This document shows positions 44,135-53,491 of a DNA stretch of 64,000 nt, piece after piece (the first letter of the stretch is position 1; every line of letters begins with the position of its first letter). Made by a program: the position numbers and the translations under genes. Source of the DNA: a candidate division WOR_3 bacterium SM23_42. GTDB taxonomy: Bacteria > Hydrothermota > Tepidihabitantia > SM23-42. Location of the stretch: contig LJUJ01000004.1 in NCBI GenBank assembly GCA_001303785.1, forward strand, positions 64,845 to 128,844. Reading direction: 5' to 3'. Under the pieces are notes generated by a model, which had not been told where the DNA came from, searched no databases, and saw only the letters and a program-made list of their open reading frames with translations.

Positions 44135-45235
44135 ATGGACATTCTGGTAGTTAATTGGCAGGATTGGAAAAATCCTTATTCCGGTGGGGCAGAGGTCTAC
44201 CTATATGAAATCTTCTCACGGTTGATAAAAAGAGGACACAGGGTCATCCTTCTCTGTAGCAGAGCAGAAGGACAGAGCCGACATGACGTGATCGACGGTT
44301 TTGAGATATTCAGAATCGGCAGACGTTCAAATTTCAATATTTACGCACCAACTGCATTACGAGCTCTCTTACGCCATCGCAAGGTTGACGTCATTGTTGA
44401 CGACCTCAACAAGATCCCCTTTTATTCCACCGTCTTCACACGTAAGAATGTTTTACCTACGTTGATGCATCTCTTTCGAGCGACAATATTTCGCGAGACG
44501 AACCCGCTTTTTGCGAGTTATGTGTTCCTTGCAGAAAGGCTCATTGGTATGTTATATCGACGGGCGAATTTCGTCGCGATCTCGAACAGCACGGCCCAGG
44601 ACCTCAGGGAAATCGGCATCGAGCGTCAAATTCATGTAGTACACAGCGGCATTCCAAAACAGCCACGTGGCGCTCAGCGTGCGCGTGAAGATAACCTCGT
44701 GGCATATGTCGGCCGGGTTAAAACGTATAAATCTATTGATCATTTTGTGAGAGCCGTGGCGTTGGTGAACAAGCGAAGGAGTATCAGGGCTACAATCGTT
44801 GGCGACGGCGATGCGCTTGAGAATTTGAAGTCGTTGGCAACCAAGCTGGCAGTTGACATAGATTTTCCCGGGTTTGTATCAGAGGAAGAAAAATATCGCG
44901 TTTACAAAACAGCTCGGTTGATTGTACAGCCGTCGATAAAAGAGGGTTGGGGACTTACGGCAATCGAGGCGCAGTCTTGTGGCACACCGGTGGTTTGCGC
45001 GGATTCGCCCGGTTTGCGCGAAGTGATTGTTCACGACAAGACCGGATTTCTCTATCAATATGGCAATGTAGGTGCAATGGCCGACCGCATCGTTCAATTA
45101 TTAGATGATCGACAGAAGTGGCGTAGATTCTCTGTGGCTGCTCAGAAATGGGCCAATCGTTTTTCTTGGGACCGTTCGGCTGCGAAGTTCGAAAGAGTCC
45201 TGGCAGCGGAGATTCGATCACCATATGTTAAGTAG
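44135..45235 (+). CDS. GT4-family glycosyltransferase
   Basis: C-terminal GT1/GT4 E-x7-E region (PSIKEGWGLTAIEAQSCGTPVV). The track start at 44105 is a TTG. Confidence 0.8.
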   Translation: MDILVVNWQDWKNPYSGGAEVYLYEIFSRLIKRGHRVILLCSRAEGQSRHDVIDGFEIFRIGRRSNFNIYAPTALRALLRHRKVDVIVDDLNKIPFYSTVFTRKNVLPTLMHLFRATIFRETNPLFASYVFLAERLIGMLYRRANFVAISNSTAQDLREIGIERQIHVVHSGIPKQPRGAQRAREDNLVAYVGRVKTYKSIDHFVRAVALVNKRRSIRATIVGDGDALENLKSLATKLAVDIDFPGFVSEEEKYRVYKTARLIVQPSIKEGWGLTAIEAQSCGTPVVCADSPGLREVIVHDKTGFLYQYGNVGAMADRIVQLLDDRQKWRRFSVAAQKWANRFSWDRSAAKFERVLAAEIRSPYVK

Positions 45236-47486
45236 CCGAATTGCCTTTTCGAATTTGCTATTTATCGCTTTGGTTCTTTTCTCAGGGATTTTTGCGGCTG
45301 AGGAGAGAGACTATGAACTTGCAATAGAGACATATCGGCGCGGCGATTATGTACTATCCAGCATGTATTTTGAGAACATTCTCGAGGATCAGGGATTACG
45401 CCAGCATTTTCCAGATGCGGTCTTTCACTTGACGAAAATACATGATGCCAGGGGCGATTTTGTCCATTTTGTTTCGTGGGCCACGAGATTCATGTCGGAT
45501 TATCCATATGATACGCGCGCAAAGGATATCCTTGCGTTGTTTTTGAAGAGGCTTACCGAAAAAAAATCGTATTTGATTGCCGCGAACTACGTAGAGGAAT
45601 TTGACTATTTAGTAATTGACTATTCAATCGTTGAACCGATTGGGCATGGTTTGATGGCGCAGGGGGAGATGGCGAAAGCTGACTATGTGTTTTCGCTCGG
45701 CCATCAAACAGACACAATCAAGATCCTGCGTGCAATGATGAAGAGCGATTACAGAGAGAGACAGAAGATATTCGAAACCCTTGAGGGTGCCTCGCGGAAC
45801 CTCTACGTGGTCGAGAATGATCTTCTGTTGGGCGATACGGTTAGCGCTTTTGTCAATTTCCAGAACTTATCGGAAAGAGATTTGGATGCTGGAGGATTAT
45901 ATCGATATGCTAAGCTAGCGTTGCTTTTTCGACCGGACGATGTTTCGCGTTATACTGAGGATTTGCGAGCCAAACGTGGATATGCCACGAAGGCAAAAAT
46001 CATTGATGCAATTGCTCGGCGTCGTCCCGAAGTGCAGCTAATACCCGAGGATGCTGAGGAGATTCGGCTCTATCAACAGCTATGCGGTTTGGATACTGTA
46101 TCGAAGGAACCACCTGAAGACATCGCGCTCGATTCATTGCTCGCCGAAGCGGAAGATACGTTGGCACTAATGGCGGGGTTGCGGCAGCGTTACAAGAACA
46201 ACTACCTGCTGGATTCCGTATATTGTCAGCAGTTGGTCAATCTTGGTAGTTACAATAAGGCGAGCGAGTCGATATCGTCGTACCTAAAGTATGCTAACAC
46301 GCAAGGCTATGTGCGGAAGATACTTGGGTTTGAGCGCTACGTGGATCGAGCTTACCATGATGTGGCAAAACATATGATACTTTCCAACCAGCGCAGTCCT
46401 AGCATATTGTATCTGCTCGCTGAATGTTTCAGGCAATTAGGGTACAACAGTGGAGATTTGTACACAAAGGTCATGGACCTGACCGCTGATTCATTGCTGT
46501 ATATGAAGGCACTGAATGGCTACGTGCTGGACCGATACGAGGCGGCGGCCTTTGATGAGATATGTTCGGTTGACGTTAGCGATCTGCAGGGTGATACCAG
46601 CACGATTCGTATGTATATACACAGCCTGGCCCGTTGTGGACAAAGAGAACGTGCCGATTCTCTTTTCCATCATTATTTTGACGAACCCGATTACATGTTG
46701 CTTAACCTTCATGGTGAACATTTAATAAACGAAAAAGAGTACGACAGGGCGAAGGTCTATTACGATTCGATGGTCCAGGAAATGGCCGACATCTTTGATG
46801 ATCAGATATATTATAATTGGGCGTTGATTTCGTTTCTGAATGGTAAGATGGACGAGGCGCATGAGAGATTTAGATTCTACATCGCGAATTTTCAGAGGTC
46901 GTTGCATTACCACGATGCACTATTCAAGATTGCCACGCTGAGCTACCTTGCTGAGAATTACGATTCTGCGGCCCATTATTATGGGTTAGCAAGTGAGAAG
47001 GAAACGCTCACATCGGATGCACTCGATAATCAGCTTATAAGTTATAAGAAAGCCGGCAATTGGCCAATGGTGATCGAAACCGGTAGAAAATTGCTGGGGA
47101 TTATCGACAAAGAAGGTGAAGCACGCGTTCGATTTGACATCGGATATGCCTTTTTGCGCGTCGGCAAAACCAAAGAAGCGGTCGAGAATCTGCTTGTTGC
47201 ATCACGCATGAAATCTGATCCAGGATACTACTACTGGTTGGGCGAGGCGTATTTAGGAAGGGGTGATTTCACACGTGCACTTTATAGCTATCAGAAAATA
47301 ATCGATTTGTATGCACGAGACGATATGTGGATGCCAACCGCACAATACAAGACGGGCATTGTGTTAGAACTCCTTGACGAAACCGGTGCCGCCCGAGACG
47401 TCTATCGTCAACTCATAAAGCAAAGAGGCATTAATGACCCGATTGCCATTGAAGCAAACATTCGATTGCAGCGCATCGAAGAGTGA
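45225..47486 (+). CDS. large TPR-like repeat protein with N-terminal signal/TM
   Basis: About 750 aa of helical-repeat sequence. N-terminus MLSSRIAFSNLLFIALVLFSGIFA. Start chosen at the ATG at 45225, overlapping the GT4 stop. Confidence 0.5.
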   Translation: MLSSRIAFSNLLFIALVLFSGIFAAEERDYELAIETYRRGDYVLSSMYFENILEDQGLRQHFPDAVFHLTKIHDARGDFVHFVSWATRFMSDYPYDTRAKDILALFLKRLTEKKSYLIAANYVEEFDYLVIDYSIVEPIGHGLMAQGEMAKADYVFSLGHQTDTIKILRAMMKSDYRERQKIFETLEGASRNLYVVENDLLLGDTVSAFVNFQNLSERDLDAGGLYRYAKLALLFRPDDVSRYTEDLRAKRGYATKAKIIDAIARRRPEVQLIPEDAEEIRLYQQLCGLDTVSKEPPEDIALDSLLAEAEDTLALMAGLRQRYKNNYLLDSVYCQQLVNLGSYNKASESISSYLKYANTQGYVRKILGFERYVDRAYHDVAKHMILSNQRSPSILYLLAECFRQLGYNSGDLYTKVMDLTADSLLYMKALNGYVLDRYEAAAFDEICSVDVSDLQGDTSTIRMYIHSLARCGQRERADSLFHHYFDEPDYMLLNLHGEHLINEKEYDRAKVYYDSMVQEMADIFDDQIYYNWALISFLNGKMDEAHERFRFYIANFQRSLHYHDALFKIATLSYLAENYDSAAHYYGLASEKETLTSDALDNQLISYKKAGNWPMVIETGRKLLGIIDKEGEARVRFDIGYAFLRVGKTKEAVENLLVASRMKSDPGYYYWLGEAYLGRGDFTRALYSYQKIIDLYARDDMWMPTAQYKTGIVLELLDETGAARDVYRQLIKQRGINDPIAIEANIRLQRIEE

Positions 47487-47502
47487 GGTGAGATTGTACG
47501 GT

Positions 47503-48015
47503 ATGAAAAGGGAGCGTGGTGTCATGCCATCTAGCACGCGTTGCTATGTTTTAATTGTCGTTGTAATGTCGTGTTTACTGATAATTGCCTGCTGCGGTTA
47601 TTCAACGCGTTCCCTTCTGCCTAGCCATATGCAGAGAATCCACATTGCACTTTTCGAGAATAGGACTCTGAAGGCTGGTCTTGATGAATTGGCCACTAAT
47701 ACCGTGATCGAGGCGTTTCGCAGTGGTTCGAATTTACGCATCGTTGATGAGGGCAGCGCCGATCTCCTGTTGGAGGGTAGTGTGTCAGGTTACTCAAAAG
47801 ATCCGCATACATATACGTCAAATCAAACCGTTCTCGAATACAAGATTACTGTCAGATATTCGGTGCGCTGTGTCGATAAGGTGCGCAATGAGGTATTTTG
47901 GGAAGGAGATGTATCGGACTGGGCGCTGTATGATATCGATGAGGACGAGGGTATAAGGAAGGCAGCCCAGAAGGCAGCAGACAGATTAGTGACCAACATT
48001 CTGACATACTGGTAA
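47503..48015 (+). CDS. putative lipoprotein (possibly LptE-like)
   Basis: Lipobox LLIIAC. Alternative start at 47434. Assignment is weak. Confidence 0.4.
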   Translation: MKRERGVMPSSTRCYVLIVVVMSCLLIIACCGYSTRSLLPSHMQRIHIALFENRTLKAGLDELATNTVIEAFRSGSNLRIVDEGSADLLLEGSVSGYSKDPHTYTSNQTVLEYKITVRYSVRCVDKVRNEVFWEGDVSDWALYDIDEDEGIRKAAQKAADRLVTNILTYW

Positions 48016-48885
48016 ATGCGTTTCACTGGTTTTGCTAGAATCAATCTACCTCCCCATGAGGAAAAGGCATTTGATGATTTCCTGCTGGGTTGTGCGGAAG
48101 CGGAGCAACTATCGAGCGGCGATTCGGGTGAAGAAAACCGCAGTGGTATTGGTGAGCTAGAAAGCAATGCTCATGATGCGTATTTCCGTGGATTTTACCT
48201 GGATGGTTTGAAATATTATGCCCGCTCTTTGGCCTCAAATAGAGAAAAAGTGACTGCGTGGGTTGGAGAGGTCAGAATCTTGGTTGACGTCGGAAGGTTT
48301 GATGCTGCCGTGTATTGGGCGAACCGGGGTCTTGAGTCGTTCGGCGAGTCAAGGTTACTGGCTTCTTCCAAGGCATTTGCCCTGGCGTATGCAGGAGATA
48401 CCGAAGCGGCCAAGAGACTAATCAATGTACCTGTAGAGAAAGATGAAACTCCCGTGCTTTGGTTGCTGCGTGGGGAAGTGTTCTTGAGAATAAGGATAAA
48501 CCTACTTCAGAAGCTATTTGCGCCGCATAAGGGCATAGGCAGTTTGGGTGCCTTCTTCTGTTTTCTCAAGGCTCTTAGCTCTGACCCAGGAGATCCGTTC
48601 ATGAACCAGCGCATCGGTCTTGCCTATCTGCTTGCAAATAAGACAAAGAGAGCATTTGAACACTTGAAAACATCTTTGAATGTAGTGCCTGACAACCCAC
48701 TCACCCTTTATGGCTTTGCTGAGTGTCATAGGGCACAGCGTGATTACGAGCGTGCTCTGTACTATGTGAAAAAAGCATTAGCTGGGAATCCGCATCTGGA
48801 CAGTGCCTTTGGGCTCTTACAGTGGTTACATGGTCCGATAAGGAAGATACTAGGTGGACTGCATAAGAAAATAAGAAAGGGATAA
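48016..48885 (+). CDS. TPR repeat protein
   Basis: 289 aa of TPR-like helices. Confidence 0.5.
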   Translation: MRFTGFARINLPPHEEKAFDDFLLGCAEAEQLSSGDSGEENRSGIGELESNAHDAYFRGFYLDGLKYYARSLASNREKVTAWVGEVRILVDVGRFDAAVYWANRGLESFGESRLLASSKAFALAYAGDTEAAKRLINVPVEKDETPVLWLLRGEVFLRIRINLLQKLFAPHKGIGSLGAFFCFLKALSSDPGDPFMNQRIGLAYLLANKTKRAFEHLKTSLNVVPDNPLTLYGFAECHRAQRDYERALYYVKKALAGNPHLDSAFGLLQWLHGPIRKILGGLHKKIRKG

Positions 48886-48887
48886 CA

Positions 48888-50858
48888 ATGAGAAGAAAAT
48901 ATGTCGGTATCGATGATTTGTATAAGATACAATTTTTGAGAGAAATCGCGCTGTCCCCTGATGGGGGAAAGGTTGCCTACACTGTAGAATGGATGGACAA
49001 GAAGAAGAACAAGTACTTTTCGAACCTTTACGTCGTTGCTGAGGATGGTAAGATTCGTCATTATATAAGGGGAAACAAAGATATAAAGAATCCGAAGTGG
49101 GCGCCTAATGGTAAATTAATATCATTCGTTTCAACCGAAAAGGAGAAGCAGAACCTGTGGGCCATCCCGGCAGATGGTGGCGAGGCCTACGTGGTCACTG
49201 ACGCCAAAGGATTTTTCGGCGACTATTCGTGGACTCCGGACAGCAAATACGTAGTATGTGAGTTCACCGAGAAGAAAGATGACAAGGAAAGAATCCCCGA
49301 GAAAGATAAGCCACCACTTTATCGCCACATAAAGAACATGTGGTACAAATTAGATGGCCGAGGTTTTCTCCCTGAGGAAAAGCAGCATATCTGGAAGGTC
49401 AATGTCCGTTCCGGTAAGATGACACAGCTGACCTTTGGCAAGAACGGCGACAACTCCCCAAGTGTATCTCCAGATGGCAAATTTGTGGTTTTTTCGTCGA
49501 ACCGAAGCGAGAATTTTGAGGAAAGGTTTACATATATCGATATCTACATTATCAACATCAAGAGTGGCAGGGAGAGAAAGATAAAGACCCCGGCTGGACC
49601 AAAGGGGTCACCGGCGTTTTCTCCAGACGGCAAGTACGTAGTATACTTAGGTAGGTTATATCCTGAACAATGGGTGGGGTGGCGCAACGTATACTTGTGG
49701 ATGGTACCATCTAGAGGCGGCAAGGTTATTAATATGACAAAATCTTTTGACCGAACCTTTGAAGCTTTGACAATCGATGACTTGGGACACTACGCGCGCA
49801 CTCGTCCGCTATTCTCTGCCGATGGTAAGCATATTTATAACATTACGGCAGATGGGGGAGACAAAAGTCTTTATCGGATTACCATCCAGAAGAGAAAGGT
49901 ATCTAAGGTCTTGGGCACAAATGAAAGGATATACGCATTTGATCATGATGGTAGGAATACTTTTGCGCTGGCCATTAGCAATGCTTTAGACCCTGGTAAT
50001 CTATTTTTATTCAAAGATGGGGTTCGTAAGCAACTCACCTATCTTAACAAGCATTACCTGAAGACATACCGTCTGGCTAGACCTGAGGAATTGAAGTGGA
50101 AGGGTTATGGACGCGATGAAATACAGGGTTGGTTGCTAAAGCCGCCCAACTTCAACCGTAGGAAGAAATATCCGTTGATCGTTCAAATTCATGGTGGACC
50201 ACATGCCGCCTATGGTAACTCTCTTTTTCATGAATTCCAGTTTCTTGCGGCGAATGGCTACTTGGTTTTCTATTCAAATCCGCATGGCAGCGATGGCTAC
50301 GGCGAGAAATTTGCCAGAGCATTGCACAACCAATGGGGTATCCCCGACACAAAAGACATCTTGAAAGGGATTTCATTGATCAGCAAACGCAGGTATGTAG
50401 ATAGAAAGAGAATGGGAGTGATGGGCGGTAGTTATGGCGGGTTCATGACCAATTGGATCATTGGGCATACGGATATCTTCAAGGTTGCCGTGACCATGCG
50501 TAGCGTCGTGAATATGTTGTCTTTCTTTTCATCAGATTTTGGCTTTGGGTTACCCAAGGAGTTTACAGGCAATTGGTGGGAAAAAAGGAATTTTGAATTC
50601 TACTGGAACATGTCGCCCTTGAAATACGTAAAACGAATAAAGACTCCGTTGTTGATTATCCACAGCGAGCAAGACCATCGTTGCCCTGTTGATCAGGCTG
50701 AGGAACTCTATGTTGCGCTCAAACTTTTGAAACGTGACGTAGAGATGGTGCGTTTTCCAGGCGAGCCTCACGGTTTGTCACGACACGGTTCACCGCGTCG
50801 ACGTGAGAAGAGGCTAGAATTCATATTAGATTTCGTGAACCGCTACTTGAAAAAATAG
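48888..50858 (+). CDS. S9 family serine peptidase (acylaminoacyl-peptidase / dipeptidyl-peptidase-like) with N-terminal beta-propeller
   Basis: GGSYGG nucleophile elbow. D and H of the triad in EQDHRCP and PGEPHGL. TolB-like propeller repeats N-terminally. Confidence 0.85.
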   Translation: MRRKYVGIDDLYKIQFLREIALSPDGGKVAYTVEWMDKKKNKYFSNLYVVAEDGKIRHYIRGNKDIKNPKWAPNGKLISFVSTEKEKQNLWAIPADGGEAYVVTDAKGFFGDYSWTPDSKYVVCEFTEKKDDKERIPEKDKPPLYRHIKNMWYKLDGRGFLPEEKQHIWKVNVRSGKMTQLTFGKNGDNSPSVSPDGKFVVFSSNRSENFEERFTYIDIYIINIKSGRERKIKTPAGPKGSPAFSPDGKYVVYLGRLYPEQWVGWRNVYLWMVPSRGGKVINMTKSFDRTFEALTIDDLGHYARTRPLFSADGKHIYNITADGGDKSLYRITIQKRKVSKVLGTNERIYAFDHDGRNTFALAISNALDPGNLFLFKDGVRKQLTYLNKHYLKTYRLARPEELKWKGYGRDEIQGWLLKPPNFNRRKKYPLIVQIHGGPHAAYGNSLFHEFQFLAANGYLVFYSNPHGSDGYGEKFARALHNQWGIPDTKDILKGISLISKRRYVDRKRMGVMGGSYGGFMTNWIIGHTDIFKVAVTMRSVVNMLSFFSSDFGFGLPKEFTGNWWEKRNFEFYWNMSPLKYVKRIKTPLLIIHSEQDHRCPVDQAEELYVALKLLKRDVEMVRFPGEPHGLSRHGSPRRREKRLEFILDFVNRYLKK

Positions 50859-50876
50859 GACTCAAGACCGGCAGCA

Positions 50877-51386
50877 ATGCAGTTGCTGATTATTCTGGGC
50901 ATTGTCTTCGTTGCTTATGTAGTATGGAGATACTGGGCGCTTACCATGGGTGCCGCTTATGATCCAGCACCGATGGATAAGGTCTATAAGATGCTTACGA
51001 TCGCCAACGTCGGAAGCAATGACATCGTTTACGATCTCGGTAGTGGCGATGGTCGTATCGTGATTACTGCGGCAAGGCAATTCGGCGCTCGTGCCGTGGG
51101 CATTGAAATCGATCCCCTTAGATTCTTGTTCGCGTGTTTCATGAAATCAATATCCGGACACTCGGGCAGGATACAGATCAAGTTTGGAAATATCTTCAAG
51201 AAGACCATTGCTGATGCGACGGTGGTGACGCTGTTTCTGTATGGGCCAACAAACAATCGTCTCAAGGAAAAATTCTCTCGTGAACTCAAACCAGGCACGC
51301 GTGTGGTATCGTACGTTTGGCGATTCGACGATTGGCAGTTGGTCGATTTTTTACCTGAAGATAGGATCTATCTGTACAAATTATGA
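50877..51386 (+). CDS. small membrane-anchored class I SAM-dependent methyltransferase
   Basis: N-terminal TM helix, then motif I VYDLGSGDGRIV. Confidence 0.6.
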   Translation: MQLLIILGIVFVAYVVWRYWALTMGAAYDPAPMDKVYKMLTIANVGSNDIVYDLGSGDGRIVITAARQFGARAVGIEIDPLRFLFACFMKSISGHSGRIQIKFGNIFKKTIADATVVTLFLYGPTNNRLKEKFSRELKPGTRVVSYVWRFDDWQLVDFLPEDRIYLYKL

Positions 51387-51438
51387 CAGTATCATGCTAC
51401 TTCATTGACTTTGTTTTGGAATACTCTATAATTCCACG

Positions 51439-53484
51439 ATGAAAGTCGACATCTCAGTGATTATCGTCAACTACAACGTGAAGGCGTTTCTCGAACAATG
51501 CCTCATCGCGATTGAACGCGCGCACAATGATATCAAGCTTGAGGTATTTGTGGTGGACAATGCGTCGGTCGATGGTAGCCAGGCGATGGTCAAGAAACGA
51601 TTTCCTTACGTTCACCTGATTGAAAACCACAAGAACGTTGGTTTCTCGACTGCCAATAATCAAGCAATAAAAATCGCGCGTGGACAGTACATATTCATAA
51701 TTAATCCTGACACGTTGATTCAGGAAGATACCCTTGTCACCCTGAAGAAATACCTTGATGCGAAACCTGAGGTTGGAGCTGTCGGCTGCAAACTTCTCAA
51801 TCCAGACGGGTCTTTTCAAATTTCGAGCCGGCGGAGCTTTCCAACACCTTGGGTGGCATTCTCGAGAATCACGGGATTGAGTAGAATTTTCCCGAGAAGC
51901 CGCCTCTTTGGACAATATAATGTTACATATCTCGACCCGGATGTAGAGGCCGAAGTAGATGTTTTGTCTGGCTCCCTTATGATGTTGAGGAAGAATGCAC
52001 TCGAGGAAGCTGGGTATTTTGATGAAGATTATTTCATGTACGGTGAAGATATTGATTTGTCTTACAAGATCAAGAAGGCGGGTTGGAAAATAATTTATAC
52101 CCCGTCGACTAAAGCAATACACTATAAAGGTGAAAGCACCAAGAAAAGTGATTTTTCGGCAATTGCGACATTCTATTCCACGATGCTCATCTTCATACGT
52201 AAGCATTTTGGCGGACGTTATTCGTTAATACTAAGGTTGTTGTTGACGCTTGGTATCTACACTCGGGCCACGATTGCGTTTTTGTGGCAGACAGCAAAGA
52301 ATCTGGCGCCTCCGATTATCGATTTTGGCTTTATATTGGCCAGTCTAGTAATTGCCATAAGGATTCGCTTTCCTCACTATCCGTTGGAGCGATTCCGGAT
52401 CATTTTGCCGATCTATGCGCTGGTATGGTTGATCAGCATATATCTATTTCGTGCTTACCACAGAAAGGAGAGATATCATCTCAAACCGGTTTTGTGGGGT
52501 TCGATATTTGGACTCTTGGTTAATTCGACGTTTACTTACTTCTTCAAACAGTTTGCGTATTCCCGTATTGTGGTTATGATATCATTTTTGCTCATCGTTT
52601 TTTTCACGGCAACGTGGCGACTCGTATATCGATTTACCGGTTATGGAACGGCCAAGGGACCTCTTTCCCGGTTGCGCCGCGTGATAATAATCGGTGCGGG
52701 CAGAGAGGGTAAGAGAATCTTGAGCAAGCTGCAGGCAAGGCCAGATATGCACTACGAGGTCTGCGGTTTCGTTGATTTTGAAACAAAGAGTATCGGTAGG
52801 GAAATCGACGGGACCGAAGTCTTGGCGACCATTGATAACATCAAGGATGTCATAAGAGTGGAGAAGGTTGACGACGTCATCTTCTCGTCGGATCGCTTGA
52901 CCAATGCTCAGATTCTCGAAACCATCATCCGTGCTCAGGGTAGTGGTGTTAATTTCCGCATTGTACCGCACGAAGTGGAATACATTGTTGCGAAGTCATC
53001 GGTCGACGACATTGATGCCGTGCCACTTCTGGATATAAATGGTTTTGCCGGCCCCATTGATTTGTTGGTCAAGCGTGTTTTTGATCTCATCGCCGCAACG
53101 TTGGTCATTGTTGTCAGTTCACCGTTGTTGCTCGCTAATTTCATTATCGGCGCGCGATTCAAGCAAAAGGAGATTCTTGGTGCCGGGGGTCAGCCGGTGA
53201 CAGTTTTTGTGTTTAACGGTGGTTTGGGATTCATGAAAAATATTCCGCTCTATCTTTCGGTCTTTGCGGGCACGTTAAGCATTGTTGGCTCAGAGATAAT
53301 CGTATTCAAGCCTGGTAAGTTCTACCCCACATACAAGCCGGGATTGACCGGCCTCGTGCAAGTGAAGGGGAACGAAAAAAGACAGCCGCTGACGCAACAA
53401 GAGAAAGATTACTACAACTTATACTACATAAAGAACCAGTCAATTATTACCGATCTACAGATTATCGCAAAATCAATTTTCTAA
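51439..53484 (+). CDS. fusion of GT2 glycosyltransferase (N-terminal) with a WbaP-type polyprenyl-phosphate sugar transferase domain (C-terminal)
   Basis: GT2: VIIVNYNV...DNASVDGS...DxD-like region. Middle: 4 TM helices plus Rossmann-like IIIGAGREGKR. C-terminus: KPGLTGLVQV, the signature of bacterial sugar transferases. The usual DELPQL / LVGPRP elements read KNIPLYL / IVGSEI. Confidence 0.75.
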   Translation: MKVDISVIIVNYNVKAFLEQCLIAIERAHNDIKLEVFVVDNASVDGSQAMVKKRFPYVHLIENHKNVGFSTANNQAIKIARGQYIFIINPDTLIQEDTLVTLKKYLDAKPEVGAVGCKLLNPDGSFQISSRRSFPTPWVAFSRITGLSRIFPRSRLFGQYNVTYLDPDVEAEVDVLSGSLMMLRKNALEEAGYFDEDYFMYGEDIDLSYKIKKAGWKIIYTPSTKAIHYKGESTKKSDFSAIATFYSTMLIFIRKHFGGRYSLILRLLLTLGIYTRATIAFLWQTAKNLAPPIIDFGFILASLVIAIRIRFPHYPLERFRIILPIYALVWLISIYLFRAYHRKERYHLKPVLWGSIFGLLVNSTFTYFFKQFAYSRIVVMISFLLIVFFTATWRLVYRFTGYGTAKGPLSRLRRVIIIGAGREGKRILSKLQARPDMHYEVCGFVDFETKSIGREIDGTEVLATIDNIKDVIRVEKVDDVIFSSDRLTNAQILETIIRAQGSGVNFRIVPHEVEYIVAKSSVDDIDAVPLLDINGFAGPIDLLVKRVFDLIAATLVIVVSSPLLLANFIIGARFKQKEILGAGGQPVTVFVFNGGLGFMKNIPLYLSVFAGTLSIVGSEIIVFKPGKFYPTYKPGLTGLVQVKGNEKRQPLTQQEKDYYNLYYIKNQSIITDLQIIAKSIF

Positions 53485-53491
53485 TTCATTC

